NCBI GenBank assembly: GCA_964357975.1
Contig: CAYHNG010000003.1
Coordinates: forward strand, 393-64,392
DNA: 64,000 nucleotides
Source of the DNA: an uncultured Pseudomonadales bacterium
Lineage (GTDB): Bacteria; Patescibacteriota; Microgenomatia; UBA1400; MFAQ01
Reading direction: 5' to 3'
The position numbers and the translations under genes were made by a program. A model generated the notes under the pieces. It saw only the letters and a program-made list of their open reading frames with translations. It made no database searches and was not told the DNA's origin. Shown here in pieces: positions 18,446-28,685 of this stretch (position 1 is its first letter; every line of letters starts with the position of its first letter).

Positions 18446-19429
18446 TTAACGTCTTTTAAAAAGTTTGCGTGCGACCGGATTACTGTCGCTTTCCACAAAC
18501 TCGTCCAGATCAATAATCTCGTCAGAGGCTCTACCGCGACTTCCACGAGGGAGTTGACGAGGTGTTACATGGTCACCGGGAAGTTGTTCGTATTCGTCAT
18601 ATCCATCAGGGAGATAATCGCGTCGTCTTTGAGCAGCGAGCGCTTGCTGACCAACCCTGCCCATCTCGCGCATGACAGCAGCTCCACCCGGAGTTCCATC
18701 CCCGAGATAAGTTCCAGAGAAGCCGCCATCAGGGTCGACCTTCATATGGGCGAAATGCCGATAACGGTCAGTGATTATTTTTATAATGATGATGAAGAAG
18801 TAACCACTGATAGCGCCATAAAGGCCTCTGATAACTATCGCAGAAACCCCCTCAGGAGCAAAGGCCGCAAAAGAGAAGGCAGCCACAATAAAGAGGACGA
18901 TGGCGCCCCACTTGCCTGCCTTGCTGCGTACAATGACAATAGCTAGAATGCCGGCAAAGAGTGCCCCGACTAAATTGAAACCCCAGCGAGGATCCTGTGA
19001 CCCGACGAGACCGGCGATTTTAATCATCGTGAGGTCTAGAGGGCTGTAAGGAGTCCAATCAACCGAGATTTCGGTGGAGACGACCTCGCCATTCAACTTA
19101 TACACCTCGGCCCTAAGCACATGGACACCTGTGCCCTTGAGTTCTACGTTGTTACAGGGATTGATGATACCGGGCTGGAGCCAGCAGATGTATGGCCCAG
19201 TGTTATCAACATAGATTTGGGCTTCTTTAGGATCTTGGAAACTGGAGAAAATAGAAACCGAGATCGAGAGTATTCCTTGCTCGTCCGGATCGTGGAAGGT
19301 GGCGAAACCCTTGTCTGAAACAGTGGGAACTTTGAACGAGATCTCGCCTGTTTCCGGAGGGGGTCCACAGCTGGACAGAAAAAGTGTCAAAAATAGCACC
19401 AAAATCGTAACAAAGGAAATTCTCTTCAC
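18446..19429 (-). CDS. Orphan lipoprotein/membrane protein
   Basis: Lipobox-like LSSC, three TM helices, AGGAGG SD. Confidence 0.7.
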   Translation of the reverse strand: MKRISFVTILVLFLTLFLSSCGPPPETGEISFKVPTVSDKGFATFHDPDEQGILSISVSIFSSFQDPKEAQIYVDNTGPYICWLQPGIINPCNNVELKGTGVHVLRAEVYKLNGEVVSTEISVDWTPYSPLDLTMIKIAGLVGSQDPRWGFNLVGALFAGILAIVIVRSKAGKWGAIVLFIVAAFSFAAFAPEGVSAIVIRGLYGAISGYFFIIIIKIITDRYRHFAHMKVDPDGGFSGTYLGDGTPGGAAVMREMGRVGQQALAAQRRRDYLPDGYDEYEQLPGDHVTPRQLPRGSRGRASDEIIDLDEFVESDSNPVARKLFKRR

Positions 19430-19477
19430 AAAACACCTCCTACAGGCTCGTTTTTTTAAGGAAGCCAGAATAGGGAG

Positions 19478-19506
19478 ATTCTATCCTATAGGCACAGGCA
19501 AGTCAA
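19478..19506 (-). promoter_or_regulatory. Sigma70-type promoter
   Basis: TTGACT-N17-TAGAAT. Confidence 0.75.
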
Positions 19507-19916
19507 CTTTTGCTTTGTTTTTGGAGGGTGGCAATGTCTTTTTGGAGGTCCTGTAGCCTCAACTCCATGTCTTTGAGCACAGAGACCATATCCACGTCAT
19601 CTGTAGTGTCCTCACTGACGTCCTCCTGAATGTCGTCGATATTTTCCTGAATATCGTCAATATCGCGCTCGACTCCGGCAAGACTCTCGGTGGTTCGATT
19701 GACGGTCATCTGGATAAAGATGGCTAGGTAAATAGCTTCCAACGAGACAGCTGTGGTGAGAATTAAAAGGATTTCTTCAGTCGAAGATCCAAAGAAGCGT
19801 AAAGAAAAAATACCGACAAAAAGAACGGTGTGAATTAGAATGGATCTATTGGTACCAATATGGTAGGTCGCTTTTTGGGAGACTCGATCAAGGAAATTGC
19901 TCGGTATTTTTTTCAC
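19503..19916 (-). CDS. DUF1003-like membrane protein with coiled coil
   Basis: LTTAVSLEAIYLAIFIQM; start trimmed to GTG 19916. Confidence 0.7.
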   Translation of the reverse strand: MKKIPSNFLDRVSQKATYHIGTNRSILIHTVLFVGIFSLRFFGSSTEEILLILTTAVSLEAIYLAIFIQMTVNRTTESLAGVERDIDDIQENIDDIQEDVSEDTTDDVDMVSVLKDMELRLQDLQKDIATLQKQSKS

Positions 19917-19951
19917 TACTTCATTGTCGCACCGATAGATGGATTTGTCAT

Positions 19952-20479
19952 TTAGAAAATGTCTTCCGGGGGAAGGAATTCTTCTCCATTGGCGGGAGGG
20001 TTGAAGTTCCCTTTGAGCCACTGGACATAATCACAGCCGGTGGCTTTTTTGGCATCCCTATCCCAGCCAGAGGTAGAGCACTTCTTGAGTCGCTTGCCGG
20101 CGGCAGTTGTAAATAAGACTAATGGTTCACCACATTGGGGGCATTTTTCGTCTAACTTTTCAGTGGTACCATTGATCCATTCGACATAGTCACAACCTTC
20201 GGAGGTTTTGGTTTCTTTGTTCCAAATATTGGTACTGCACTTTTTCATTTTTTTACCAAAACGAGTGACCTGAAGGATTAAGGGTGAACCACATTTGGGG
20301 CATTTTTCGTCTAAGGTCTGTGGCTCGACCTCTAACCATTTGACGTAGTCGCATCCTTCCGACTTTTTGGTTTCTTTATTCCAACTACCGGTGCTGCAAC
20401 GCTGGAGTCTTTTACCTGAGGGGGTTTCTACTATTTCTCCGAGAGGAGAACCGCATTTGGGGCATTTTTCGTCTGACAT
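19952..20479 (-). CDS. Stand-alone topoisomerase C4 zinc-finger repeat protein
   Basis: Three repeats EKCPxCGxPL...KCST...GCDYVxW. Confidence 0.85.
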   Translation of the reverse strand: MSDEKCPKCGSPLGEIVETPSGKRLQRCSTGSWNKETKKSEGCDYVKWLEVEPQTLDEKCPKCGSPLILQVTRFGKKMKKCSTNIWNKETKTSEGCDYVEWINGTTEKLDEKCPQCGEPLVLFTTAAGKRLKKCSTSGWDRDAKKATGCDYVQWLKGNFNPPANGEEFLPPEDIF

Positions 20480-20529
20480 AACTACTAGAGTAACACTTTG
20501 ATAACAAAAATGAAAGTGAGTGACACGTT

Positions 20530-20856
20530 CTAGTTTTCGGACTGGAGGTCGAGAATAATCATTTTGACCAGCTTGTCCGCTTCAAAACGGATTTCATCCT
20601 CAATATTGGGACCAACATGGGTCTTTAAATAGGAAATTATTTCCGGATCATAAGGCCTTTCGTGAACAATAGACAAAAAAGTGTGGTGGTGATGTGGCTC
20701 CAGTTTGTCCAAAATTAAACTAATGATACCTTGAAAAAGGATATCATCGATCAACTGAAGGGTTTTGCCTTTATGATTTTCTGCACCTTCAATGTCGTGC
20801 AATTGTTCTTCGAGCTCTGTTCTGACAACGAGATGGTCGTAAAAGAGGATGGACAT
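20530..20856 (-). CDS. Hypothetical protein
   Basis: Non-overlapping ORF in operon orientation. Confidence 0.65.
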   Translation of the reverse strand: MSILFYDHLVVRTELEEQLHDIEGAENHKGKTLQLIDDILFQGIISLILDKLEPHHHHTFLSIVHERPYDPEIISYLKTHVGPNIEDEIRFEADKLVKMIILDLQSEN

Positions 20857-20894
20857 AGGAGGGTGGTTATTGATTGATTGTTTTTGGTTATTAG

Positions 20895-21776
20895 TTATTG
20901 GTTGATTGGACCCAGAGGGATTTTATTATCGGGATCATCGACAAAAAGCATCAGGACAAGACCTTTGCGAGGACCCTTGTTCAAATCCAAGTATTGCATG
21001 GTTTCCGGTGAACCACCAAATTGTTTCCCCGTCCAGTCGGCCGGTCCGGCATCTCCGATATCACAAACGACAGCTAGTCCGTTGACCGGATTAATGACGA
21101 TCATTTTGCGAAAAGCATACCAATCTTTGAGAAACTTATGATCACGATTCCAGCTTTCGAGATACAAGGTTTGAACGACACAATAATATTTTTCTCTTTG
21201 ATATTCGCGGGTAGTGAAACTGCCGGAGTCTTTGGCGAAATAGCCAAAGGCGCCTCGACCCGGAGCGATACCCGCCTCCTGAATTTCGTCGTGCTGAGCC
21301 AAAGTATCGCCAGGAAAACGAAACAGATGTTGCTCGAAACCAATATATCCCAAATGATGATTGAGAGATTGATCATCCAAAACTGCTTTGGCAGTAATGC
21401 CGGTGTTTTCAAAAATAATCTTCTCAACTTTTTCGGCAGAATCGGGAGTAAGTTTGGTCGGCTGGTGAGGCAAGAGCTCCTGCAAACCAGTCATTAATTT
21501 TTGTCTGACGGTGAGCTTGTTCTCAACTGGTTGGGATTGAGTAGTTCCGGGCGACACGGCACTGACCGATAAATCGGAAGGGGTGGGCATAGTGAGAATA
21601 GCGCCGATCAGACCGGCACCGGCCAATAGTTGACCGGATCTTTGCCGCAGACGGAAAGCAATTAGATTTGATTTGGTAAAAAATTTCTTGGACGCCGAAT
21701 GGCTGAGAAGCTTATGTCGAAGTGTATTGGATCTTTTTTCAAGCTTTTCAATCGACTGGAGAAAGTTGGTAGCCAT
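20895..21776 (-). CDS. Membrane-anchored protein with RlpA-like double-psi barrel motif
   Basis: VINPVNGLAVVCDIGDAGP resembles RlpA VTNxxNGxSVVVRINDRGP. Confidence 0.55.
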   Translation of the reverse strand: MATNFLQSIEKLEKRSNTLRHKLLSHSASKKFFTKSNLIAFRLRQRSGQLLAGAGLIGAILTMPTPSDLSVSAVSPGTTQSQPVENKLTVRQKLMTGLQELLPHQPTKLTPDSAEKVEKIIFENTGITAKAVLDDQSLNHHLGYIGFEQHLFRFPGDTLAQHDEIQEAGIAPGRGAFGYFAKDSGSFTTREYQREKYYCVVQTLYLESWNRDHKFLKDWYAFRKMIVINPVNGLAVVCDIGDAGPADWTGKQFGGSPETMQYLDLNKGPRKGLVLMLFVDDPDNKIPLGPINQ

Positions 21777-21780
21777 AGGA

Positions 21781-23202
21781 TTAAGAAAAAATGGAAGATA
21801 ACCGGTTGAGGGTTTCTTCTTGACCTAAGATAACCATACAATCAAAAAGTGGTGGGGTGATGGAACGACCAGAAATAGCTACCCGGAGGGACATAAAAGC
21901 CTCTTTAGGAGAGAATCCAGAAGCAACCTGAGCTTTGGCCAACTCTTCATGGAGAACCGTTGAATTAAAATCCGATATATCTTTGATCACGGATTTGGCC
22001 GTCTCAAACCAATTTATAGTTTCTTTTTCCGTACGACCGGATTGATCCAAAACCGACTGAGCACTGACTGTGGGAGCCTTGAAAAAATATTCCGCCGCCG
22101 GGGCAAAATCCCTCAGAGTAAACATCCTTTCCTTGACCAGCATCAGGATTTGTTTGACTTTGTCATCATTCCAATCAGCCGGGATGTAGGCACTTAATCT
22201 TTGGAATAGATCTTCGGTAGGCATTTTTTTGATCCATTGACTGTTGAGATAATTTAACCGCTGAATATCAAAGATGGCGTTTTGTCTTTGAATTCTCTTT
22301 TCGTCAAATATAGCGACCATCTCAGGGAGGGTAAGAAGATCGGAATTGTCCTTGTAGGAGAAGCCGAGAAAAAAAAGAAAATTGTTTATGGCTTCGGGTA
22401 GATAACCATCCTCGGCATATTCCAAAACAGATTTAGCACCATGCCGCTTGGAGAGTTTGGTTTTGTCAGGACCTAAAAGAAGTGGTACGTGGGCCAGTAC
22501 GGGGGGCTCCCACCCCAAAGCCTCGAAAAGAAAAATATGGATGGGGGTCGAGGCGAGCCATTCGACACCGCGAAGGACATGACTAATTTTCATGAGATGA
22601 TCGTCAACAACTACGGCCAAGTGATAGGTAGGAATGCCGTTAGTTTTCATCAGGACTTTGTCGTCACATTCATTGTTTGGCAGGCTTAATTTTCCCTGTA
22701 CCAGATCATGCCAGATGGTGAAACCGGTCTCGGGAAGCTTCGCCCGCAAGACATGAGGGGCGCCTGAGGCTAACTGTTTTTGGATCTCATCTTTGGAGAG
22801 GTTTCTGCAGTGACGGTCGTATTTAGCGTATTGATCTTTTTCGTGCAGTGCCTTAAGTCTATCTTCGGAACAGAAACAATAATACGCTGCGCCGGTATCT
22901 ACAAGAAGATGGGCGTATTTTTGGTAGATTTCGAGCCTTTCGGTTTGGATGTATGGACCATAAGGGCCACCGGAGAGAGGATCTTCATCCCTTTTCAAAC
23001 CTAAGAAATCAAAGATTTGATAAATTTTTTCGGTGGATTCAGGAACAAGACGATTTTGATCGGTGTCTTCAATACGTAAAATGAATTCACCACCGTATTT
23101 TTTTGCCAGAAGATAATCGTAAAGGGCAGTCCTAGTGTTGCCGATATGCGGAACACCTGTGGGAGAAGGAGCAATTCTAGTTCTGACGTGCGTATCGGTC
23201 AT
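21781..23202 (-). CDS. gltX: Glutamate--tRNA ligase
   Basis: RIAPSPTG.PHIG, RIEDTD, KLSKR; start MTDTH lies 6 nt after TATACT. Confidence 0.96.
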   Translation of the reverse strand: MTDTHVRTRIAPSPTGVPHIGNTRTALYDYLLAKKYGGEFILRIEDTDQNRLVPESTEKIYQIFDFLGLKRDEDPLSGGPYGPYIQTERLEIYQKYAHLLVDTGAAYYCFCSEDRLKALHEKDQYAKYDRHCRNLSKDEIQKQLASGAPHVLRAKLPETGFTIWHDLVQGKLSLPNNECDDKVLMKTNGIPTYHLAVVVDDHLMKISHVLRGVEWLASTPIHIFLFEALGWEPPVLAHVPLLLGPDKTKLSKRHGAKSVLEYAEDGYLPEAINNFLFFLGFSYKDNSDLLTLPEMVAIFDEKRIQRQNAIFDIQRLNYLNSQWIKKMPTEDLFQRLSAYIPADWNDDKVKQILMLVKERMFTLRDFAPAAEYFFKAPTVSAQSVLDQSGRTEKETINWFETAKSVIKDISDFNSTVLHEELAKAQVASGFSPKEAFMSLRVAISGRSITPPLFDCMVILGQEETLNRLSSIFS

Positions 23203-23227
23203 ATGGATAGTATACTTTATTAAGACT

Positions 23228-24310
23228 ATGGCTACACTAACCGAAGCTTCCGTGGTGGCAAGAAATACAATTAAGTGGGGCTCAATTGGGTTTGTAGGGA
23301 TCACGATACTTTGGTACATCGGCGTGGCCGCGCTAAATTATTACAAACTACTGAACCCACCACCGCTTCCTCCGGCAGCAGTCAGTTTTGGGATTTTGCC
23401 CGGTGTCAGTTTCCCGGAAAGTAAGGACCGGCCAAAGATGCTTTTGGAGTTGCCGACCGGAGCGATACCCGCCTTTCCGGACCGGTTGAGAGTTTATTGG
23501 GCACCCACTAAGCGAAGTGGCTTTGCGGATGCCGATACAGCAGTGGATACGGCGACAGCGCTTGGTTTTCTTTTTAAACCCTTTCAGCCAACCGAGACCG
23601 ATTATATCTGGACAAATCAAGATCAGCTGAGTTCAAAGCTGGAAATGAACATTATTTCCGGACATTTTGTCTTGTCACGGCAGTGGCAGAACAATCCGGC
23701 TTTGGCGGCGATGGGAAATTTCCAGTCCGATAAACAAGTGATTACCGAGACGGAGAATTATGCCAAAAGGATTGGTCTACTAAATGATGATGCCGTGGGG
23801 GTGGAGAAAGTGACTTATCTGAAAAACGATGCCTCAAAATTGGTGTCCGCTTTATCGCTCTCCGATGCGGACTTTGTACAGCTGGACTTATTTAGAAGGA
23901 ATATCGACGAGATTGACCCCAATAGCAAGTCAAAAGAAATAATGGCCAGCTATCCATTCTACAGAACAGATCCTTCAAAAGGGCTCGTCCGAGTAGTGGT
24001 GAGTGGATCAAAGATTCAAAACGAAAAAATTGTCTATATGGATTATGAATACACCGATATTGATTACGCCAAGAACGGAACGTACCCAATAAAAACTGGC
24101 GAGGAGGCATGGGAGGAACTGTCTAAAGGGGGCGGATTTGTAACACCAATTGGGCCAAGATCGGGTGAGATCAAGATCCGCCGAGTCTTTTTGGGCTATT
24201 ACGACTCCAACGAAAACCAAAAATATGCCATGCCAATTTATGTCTTCTTGGGAGATCAGGGTTTTACTGCCTATGTCAGTGCAGTAAGAAACGAATGGAT
24301 TGCAAAATAG
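23228..24310 (+). CDS. Membrane-anchored hypothetical protein
   Basis: Start MATLTE avoids overlap with gltX; TM helix; C-terminal PIYVF motif. Confidence 0.7.
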   Translation: MATLTEASVVARNTIKWGSIGFVGITILWYIGVAALNYYKLLNPPPLPPAAVSFGILPGVSFPESKDRPKMLLELPTGAIPAFPDRLRVYWAPTKRSGFADADTAVDTATALGFLFKPFQPTETDYIWTNQDQLSSKLEMNIISGHFVLSRQWQNNPALAAMGNFQSDKQVITETENYAKRIGLLNDDAVGVEKVTYLKNDASKLVSALSLSDADFVQLDLFRRNIDEIDPNSKSKEIMASYPFYRTDPSKGLVRVVVSGSKIQNEKIVYMDYEYTDIDYAKNGTYPIKTGEEAWEELSKGGGFVTPIGPRSGEIKIRRVFLGYYDSNENQKYAMPIYVFLGDQGFTAYVSAVRNEWIAK

Positions 24311-25249
24311 TTACTGCCAAGTAAAGCTGGAGTAAACCCAGTTGACCAGTTTTTCACCTTCACCAAAACGATCCTGGCTGTTAAGCAAACTGAGGAGGAT
24401 CTTGTGACCGTCTCGCTCGGCCAGTATCACCAAACATTCACCCGCTTCCGGAGTCCAACCGGTTTTGACACCTAAGATACCGGGTTGGCCAAGTAGGATG
24501 TTGGTGGAAACCAATGGGTAGAGATGACCTTTTAAACTTTGAAGCGTGATATTTTTGGTGGAGACGATGGTAGAAAAACGTTGTCGATCGAGAGCACTCC
24601 TGGCAATCATGGCAATGTCATAAGCGGTTGTGAAATGGTCGGAGCTCTCGACACCGGAAACGTTGACGAAATGAGTATTCTTCAAGCCCAGTTCGGCTAC
24701 TTTCTGATTCATTTTTTCCAAGAAAATCCGGTAACCTCCGGGGTAGTTCTCGGCCAACGTCACGGCGGCATCATTACCTGAAGGGACGAGTAAGGCATAA
24801 AGAATGTCTGAGGCAGTGAGCTCGTCCCCTTTTATCAGATCGACGGTGTTTCCGAGCGAAGCTTGGCCATTAACCACTTTGAGAACCGAATCATCCTGGA
24901 AGTAATCCATGGCGACAAGAGAAGTCATGATTTTGGTAAGCGAGGCGGGCTTGAGGGGAAGGTGAGGGTTTTTATCATAAAGAATAGTACCGGAGACAAA
25001 ATCCATAACAAAGACTCCTTGTGCCGTTAGTTCGGGGACACCGGAACCGGTGAGTACCGGGAGCTTGGTTTCGGAAACGTAAGCGGCCTTGACAACCGGT
25101 TTGGTAAGGACAGGGACTTTTCCAATGACCGGAGAAAGAATAAAAAAAAGGCAGATACCGACGAGGGAGGAAATATTGATCAATGATCTAAAAAGATGGC
25201 CACCGCGCTGGGCGGCAGGGTGATGATGCTGATGTTTATTTTTTTTCAT
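24311..25249 (-). CDS. D-alanyl-D-alanine carboxypeptidase (S11)
   Basis: ASLTK, SGN, KTG motifs. Confidence 0.92.
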   Translation of the reverse strand: MKKNKHQHHHPAAQRGGHLFRSLINISSLVGICLFFILSPVIGKVPVLTKPVVKAAYVSETKLPVLTGSGVPELTAQGVFVMDFVSGTILYDKNPHLPLKPASLTKIMTSLVAMDYFQDDSVLKVVNGQASLGNTVDLIKGDELTASDILYALLVPSGNDAAVTLAENYPGGYRIFLEKMNQKVAELGLKNTHFVNVSGVESSDHFTTAYDIAMIARSALDRQRFSTIVSTKNITLQSLKGHLYPLVSTNILLGQPGILGVKTGWTPEAGECLVILAERDGHKILLSLLNSQDRFGEGEKLVNWVYSSFTWQ

Positions 25250-25263
25250 GAGGCCATATCATT

Positions 25264-26754
25264 TTATACCCCATGACCTTTTTCGAGTGCCTTTTTTATC
25301 TCGAGTTTGGCTTTGTGTGTTTTGACAAAACGCAACCAATTTTTGTTGGGGTACTTTGATTTTTTGGATTTGATGATCTCGACGACGTCCCCACTTTTAA
25401 GTTTGGCATCAATGGTGGCGATACGATTATTGACTTTGGCTGTTTGGATAAAGAAACCAAGACCGGAATGAACATTGAAAGCGTAGTCGACGGGGGTGGA
25501 ATTTTCCGGAAGATCGTAAACGTCTCCTTTGGGGGAAAAGACGTAGATGTGATGGGAAAGTGCATCAAGGTGAAAGTCTTTAACCGTTTCTTGCTCGGAG
25601 AACATCTGTTCTTTCCAGCCCGCCAGTTGCTTGACCCAATCATACTTATTCCCTAATTTGAAGGAGGTTCCTTTTTCCAACCTGTCTCCGTCCACCCCTT
25701 CTGTTTTGGCTTGTGAGTAGGCAAAATGAGCGGCGGCTCCATATTCGGCTTGAGTGTGCATATCTTCCGATCTGATCTGGATTTCGATGACCTGCCCTTT
25801 ATGATCAAAAATCTTAGTATGAATAGACTGATAACCATTGGGCTTAGGTTGAGAAATGAAATCAGAAATACCTAGATGAGGCACCGGTTTCCAATATTGA
25901 TGAATTACCCCCAGAGCCGAATAACATGAAGCAGTGTCTCTGGTAATAATCCGGATAGCCATTAGGTCATGGACCGAGTTGATGTCAAAATTTATTTCAG
26001 GTCTTTGTAATTTCCGATAGAGACTGTATAAATGTTTTGGGCGGCCATCTACCCGAGCAGTAATTTGATGTTTGGATAACTGCTGACGAATACGATTCAA
26101 AATCTCTTGGGTGTTTTCTTTGGCATAAGTCACCCTGTTGGAGGCAAATTCTTTGATCCATTGGTACTCTTCGGGGTACACGTATGGGAAGACAAGATCC
26201 TCCAATTCACTCTTGGCTTTTCCCATACCCAGCCTTTCGGCAAGAGGAGCATAAATCTCCAGTGTTTCTAAGGCGATGGGCCGCTGTTTTTCTACGGGCA
26301 GGCCATGAAGAGTCATAATGTTGTGACGGCGATCGGCAAGACGAATGAGAATGGCGCGCAGATCCTTCGCCATGTAGACGAACATTTTTCTCAAATTTTC
26401 CAAGAATTCAACATCTTGACTTCCTCTCAAACGAACTTGTCCGACTAAGTTAACCCCATCTACGAGGTGCGCAACCTCCCAGCCGAACTCCTTTTCAATC
26501 TCGGCGATCGTGATACCACTCATCTCCGGAAGATCATGGAGGAGACCTGCCTCAATGCTCAACTGATCCAGACGCCAGCTGGCTAAAGTGTGGGCGATAT
26601 TGAGAGGATGGGTGATATAGGGATCGCCGGTCTTCCGAGTTTGTCCCAAATGTTTTTCTGCAGCATAATGGTAGACCTGTTCCAAGTGGTGATGATTGAT
26701 GTCTCCACGATGAAGGCCGGCTTCGTCAAGAATATCCTTGAGAGTGAGTTCCAC
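25264..26754 (-). CDS. RelA/SpoT family (p)ppGpp synthetase/hydrolase (HD-SYNTH-TGS)
   Basis: PYITHP, LLHD, YAPLAERLG, YQSIH, EIQIR, TGS domain; no ACT domain. Confidence 0.93.
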   Translation of the reverse strand: MELTLKDILDEAGLHRGDINHHHLEQVYHYAAEKHLGQTRKTGDPYITHPLNIAHTLASWRLDQLSIEAGLLHDLPEMSGITIAEIEKEFGWEVAHLVDGVNLVGQVRLRGSQDVEFLENLRKMFVYMAKDLRAILIRLADRRHNIMTLHGLPVEKQRPIALETLEIYAPLAERLGMGKAKSELEDLVFPYVYPEEYQWIKEFASNRVTYAKENTQEILNRIRQQLSKHQITARVDGRPKHLYSLYRKLQRPEINFDINSVHDLMAIRIITRDTASCYSALGVIHQYWKPVPHLGISDFISQPKPNGYQSIHTKIFDHKGQVIEIQIRSEDMHTQAEYGAAAHFAYSQAKTEGVDGDRLEKGTSFKLGNKYDWVKQLAGWKEQMFSEQETVKDFHLDALSHHIYVFSPKGDVYDLPENSTPVDYAFNVHSGLGFFIQTAKVNNRIATIDAKLKSGDVVEIIKSKKSKYPNKNWLRFVKTHKAKLEIKKALEKGHGV

Positions 26755-26793
26755 AACGCTATTCTACCTGATGTTGCGTGATATGATTTAAGC

Positions 26794-28293
26794 GTGTACA
26801 CCCGACAGCTTTTAGCGGACGAAATTTCACTGATACCGGAACCTCTCGAGAAGACCTTTGATGAATACTCGAGGGCCGGTTTTGAGATCTATTTGGTAGG
26901 GGGCGGAGTGAGAAACTTGATCTTGGGCAAAGTACCTGAGAATTGTGATCTAACAACCAATGCCACACCCGAACAGAGTTTGGAAGTTTTGAAAATGCAT
27001 AGCCCTTTTTATAACAACGATTTTGGGACTGTTTCCTTTAACGTGCTGGTAAACGGGGTAGAAGAACTCTATGAAGTGACGACTTATCGATCGGAAAAAG
27101 AATACTCCGACTACCGACGACCAGACAACGTATCTTGGGGAAAGACTCTAAACGAAGACGTCACCAGACGGGATTTTACGATAAATGCGATCGTTATTGG
27201 AGTAAAAAACTCAAAAACTCAAAAACTCAAAAACTCAAAAATAGAATACGAGTTGATTGATATGGTGGATGGACTGAAGGACTTTGAGAATGGTCTGATT
27301 AGAGCAGTGGGAGACCCCCGAGTCCGTTTTAATGAGGATGCGTTACGGATGATGAGAGCGATCAGGTTCGCGGCCAAGCTAGGATTTGCAATTGAAGAGA
27401 ATACTTTGTCCGCAATTGGCGAAAAAGCGGAACTCTTGGAAAAAATCAGTAAAGAAAGAATTAGAGAAGAATTCTTAAGAATAATTGGATCAAATTATCC
27501 GGCTGATGGAGTCCGACTTCTGATTTCTACCGGACTAATGGATCACTTTTTACCCGAAGTGCTGGAGGGACGTGGGGTTATTCAGGGAGGGCATCACCGA
27601 CTGACTGTACTGGATCATATGCTGGAAGCCCTGCAAGAATGCCCGTCACCGGACCCGATAGTCCGCCTGGCAACCTTCATTCATGATATCGGGAAACCCA
27701 GAAGCCAGAGATTTAAATGCCGAAAGTGCGCCAAAATGTACCGAGACCTGTCAGAGGAAACGACGACGTGTGCCAATTGTGGGTATGTCCAACCGACCAG
27801 AGGAATGGTGACTTTTTACGGACATGAAGTGATCGGAGCGAGGATGGTAAAAGAGATTACCGAACGGTTAAAATTTAACCGGAAACAAAGTGACAAAATC
27901 GTAACGCTGGTTCGTTGGCATATGTTTGCCTACCAACCGGAGATGACGGATGCGGCCATCAGAAGACTGATTAGAAAGGTGGGCAAAGAGAATATCAATG
28001 ATATGGTATTGCTGCGTATTGCCGACAGAAAAGGAAGCGGGGCGAAGACCACCAGTTGGAGATTTATGGAGCTTCAGAAACGTATTGGTGAACAGCTCTT
28101 TGAGCCGATGGAAATAAATGACATGGTGGTGAACGGCCGAGATGTGATGGGAACCCTCAAAGTGTCTCCCGGCCCAATCGTCGGCAAGATACTGAAAGAA
28201 CTATTCGAGGAGGTGCTGGAGGATACCGGCAAGAATAGAAGAGAGTATCTGCTCGGGCGGATAAGGGAGATCGCCAAGAATCCTATAACTTGA
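26794..28293 (+). CDS. cca: CCA tRNA nucleotidyltransferase with HD domain
   Basis: VGGGVR, DLTT, RRDFTINA, EDALRMMR, HDIGK. Confidence 0.9.
   Translation: MYTRQLLADEISLIPEPLEKTFDEYSRAGFEIYLVGGGVRNLILGKVPENCDLTTNATPEQSLEVLKMHSPFYNNDFGTVSFNVLVNGVEELYEVTTYRSEKEYSDYRRPDNVSWGKTLNEDVTRRDFTINAIVIGVKNSKTQKLKNSKIEYELIDMVDGLKDFENGLIRAVGDPRVRFNEDALRMMRAIRFAAKLGFAIEENTLSAIGEKAELLEKISKERIREEFLRIIGSNYPADGVRLLISTGLMDHFLPEVLEGRGVIQGGHHRLTVLDHMLEALQECPSPDPIVRLATFIHDIGKPRSQRFKCRKCAKMYRDLSEETTTCANCGYVQPTRGMVTFYGHEVIGARMVKEITERLKFNRKQSDKIVTLVRWHMFAYQPEMTDAAIRRLIRKVGKENINDMVLLRIADRKGSGAKTTSWRFMELQKRIGEQLFEPMEINDMVVNGRDVMGTLKVSPGPIVGKILKELFEEVLEDTGKNRREYLLGRIREIAKNPIT
27205..27241 (+). repeat. Tandem octamer (AAAAACTC)x4 plus a partial unit inside cca
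   Basis: Read directly from sequence. Confidence 0.9.
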
Positions 28294-28318
28294 CAATTTG
28301 AGCCCGATGGGTTATGAT
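28290..28318 (+). promoter_or_regulatory. Sigma70-type promoter
   Basis: TTGACA-N17-TATGAT. Confidence 0.7.
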
Positions 28319-28352
28319 CGTGGGGTACAAAATCACCATTCTGGAGGCTAAA

Positions 28353-28610
28353 ATGGACATTATTAAAGAACGCGCCGGCGAGAGGCTGATCGTGCGCACT
28401 AACAGCTACGGGCACGGTCTCGAGTTCATCGAGGCTCTGGTAGCTGAGGCGATGAAAGATTTCCCTCAGCTGAAGCGCAGCGATATCACGGTCGAGAAAT
28501 ACGGTGGAGATCGGATCAAACGGATCTGGGGAGTGGAGTTTGATCTTCCCCAGCAAACCGCCATGCCACTGAACTATGTGGACATCGGAACTTTGCACCC
28601 AACCATCTAA
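28353..28610 (+). CDS. Orphan hypothetical protein
   Basis: GGAGG SD before MDIIK; own terminator at 28618-28644. Confidence 0.65.
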   Translation: MDIIKERAGERLIVRTNSYGHGLEFIEALVAEAMKDFPQLKRSDITVEKYGGDRIKRIWGVEFDLPQQTAMPLNYVDIGTLHPTI

Positions 28611-28685
28611 GCAAGACAAGCTCTGATAACCTCAGAGCTTTTTTATTGACTTAATCGAAATGCTAGAGGAGTAGAATAATAAGTC

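Noticed and set aside
18344-18946. 200-aa plus-strand ORF, and similar shadow ORFs such as 1636-1845, 38364-38957 and 59551-60054
   Set aside because: Antisense or out-of-frame to better-supported genes, with no motifs.
20864-20910. GGTTATT/TAGTTAT-like short repeats
   Set aside because: Too short and degenerate to assign a function.
23135-23319. Long overlap between gltX and the divergent gene as given in the ORF track
   Set aside because: Internal starts at 23202 and 23228 with a shared -10 remove the overlap.
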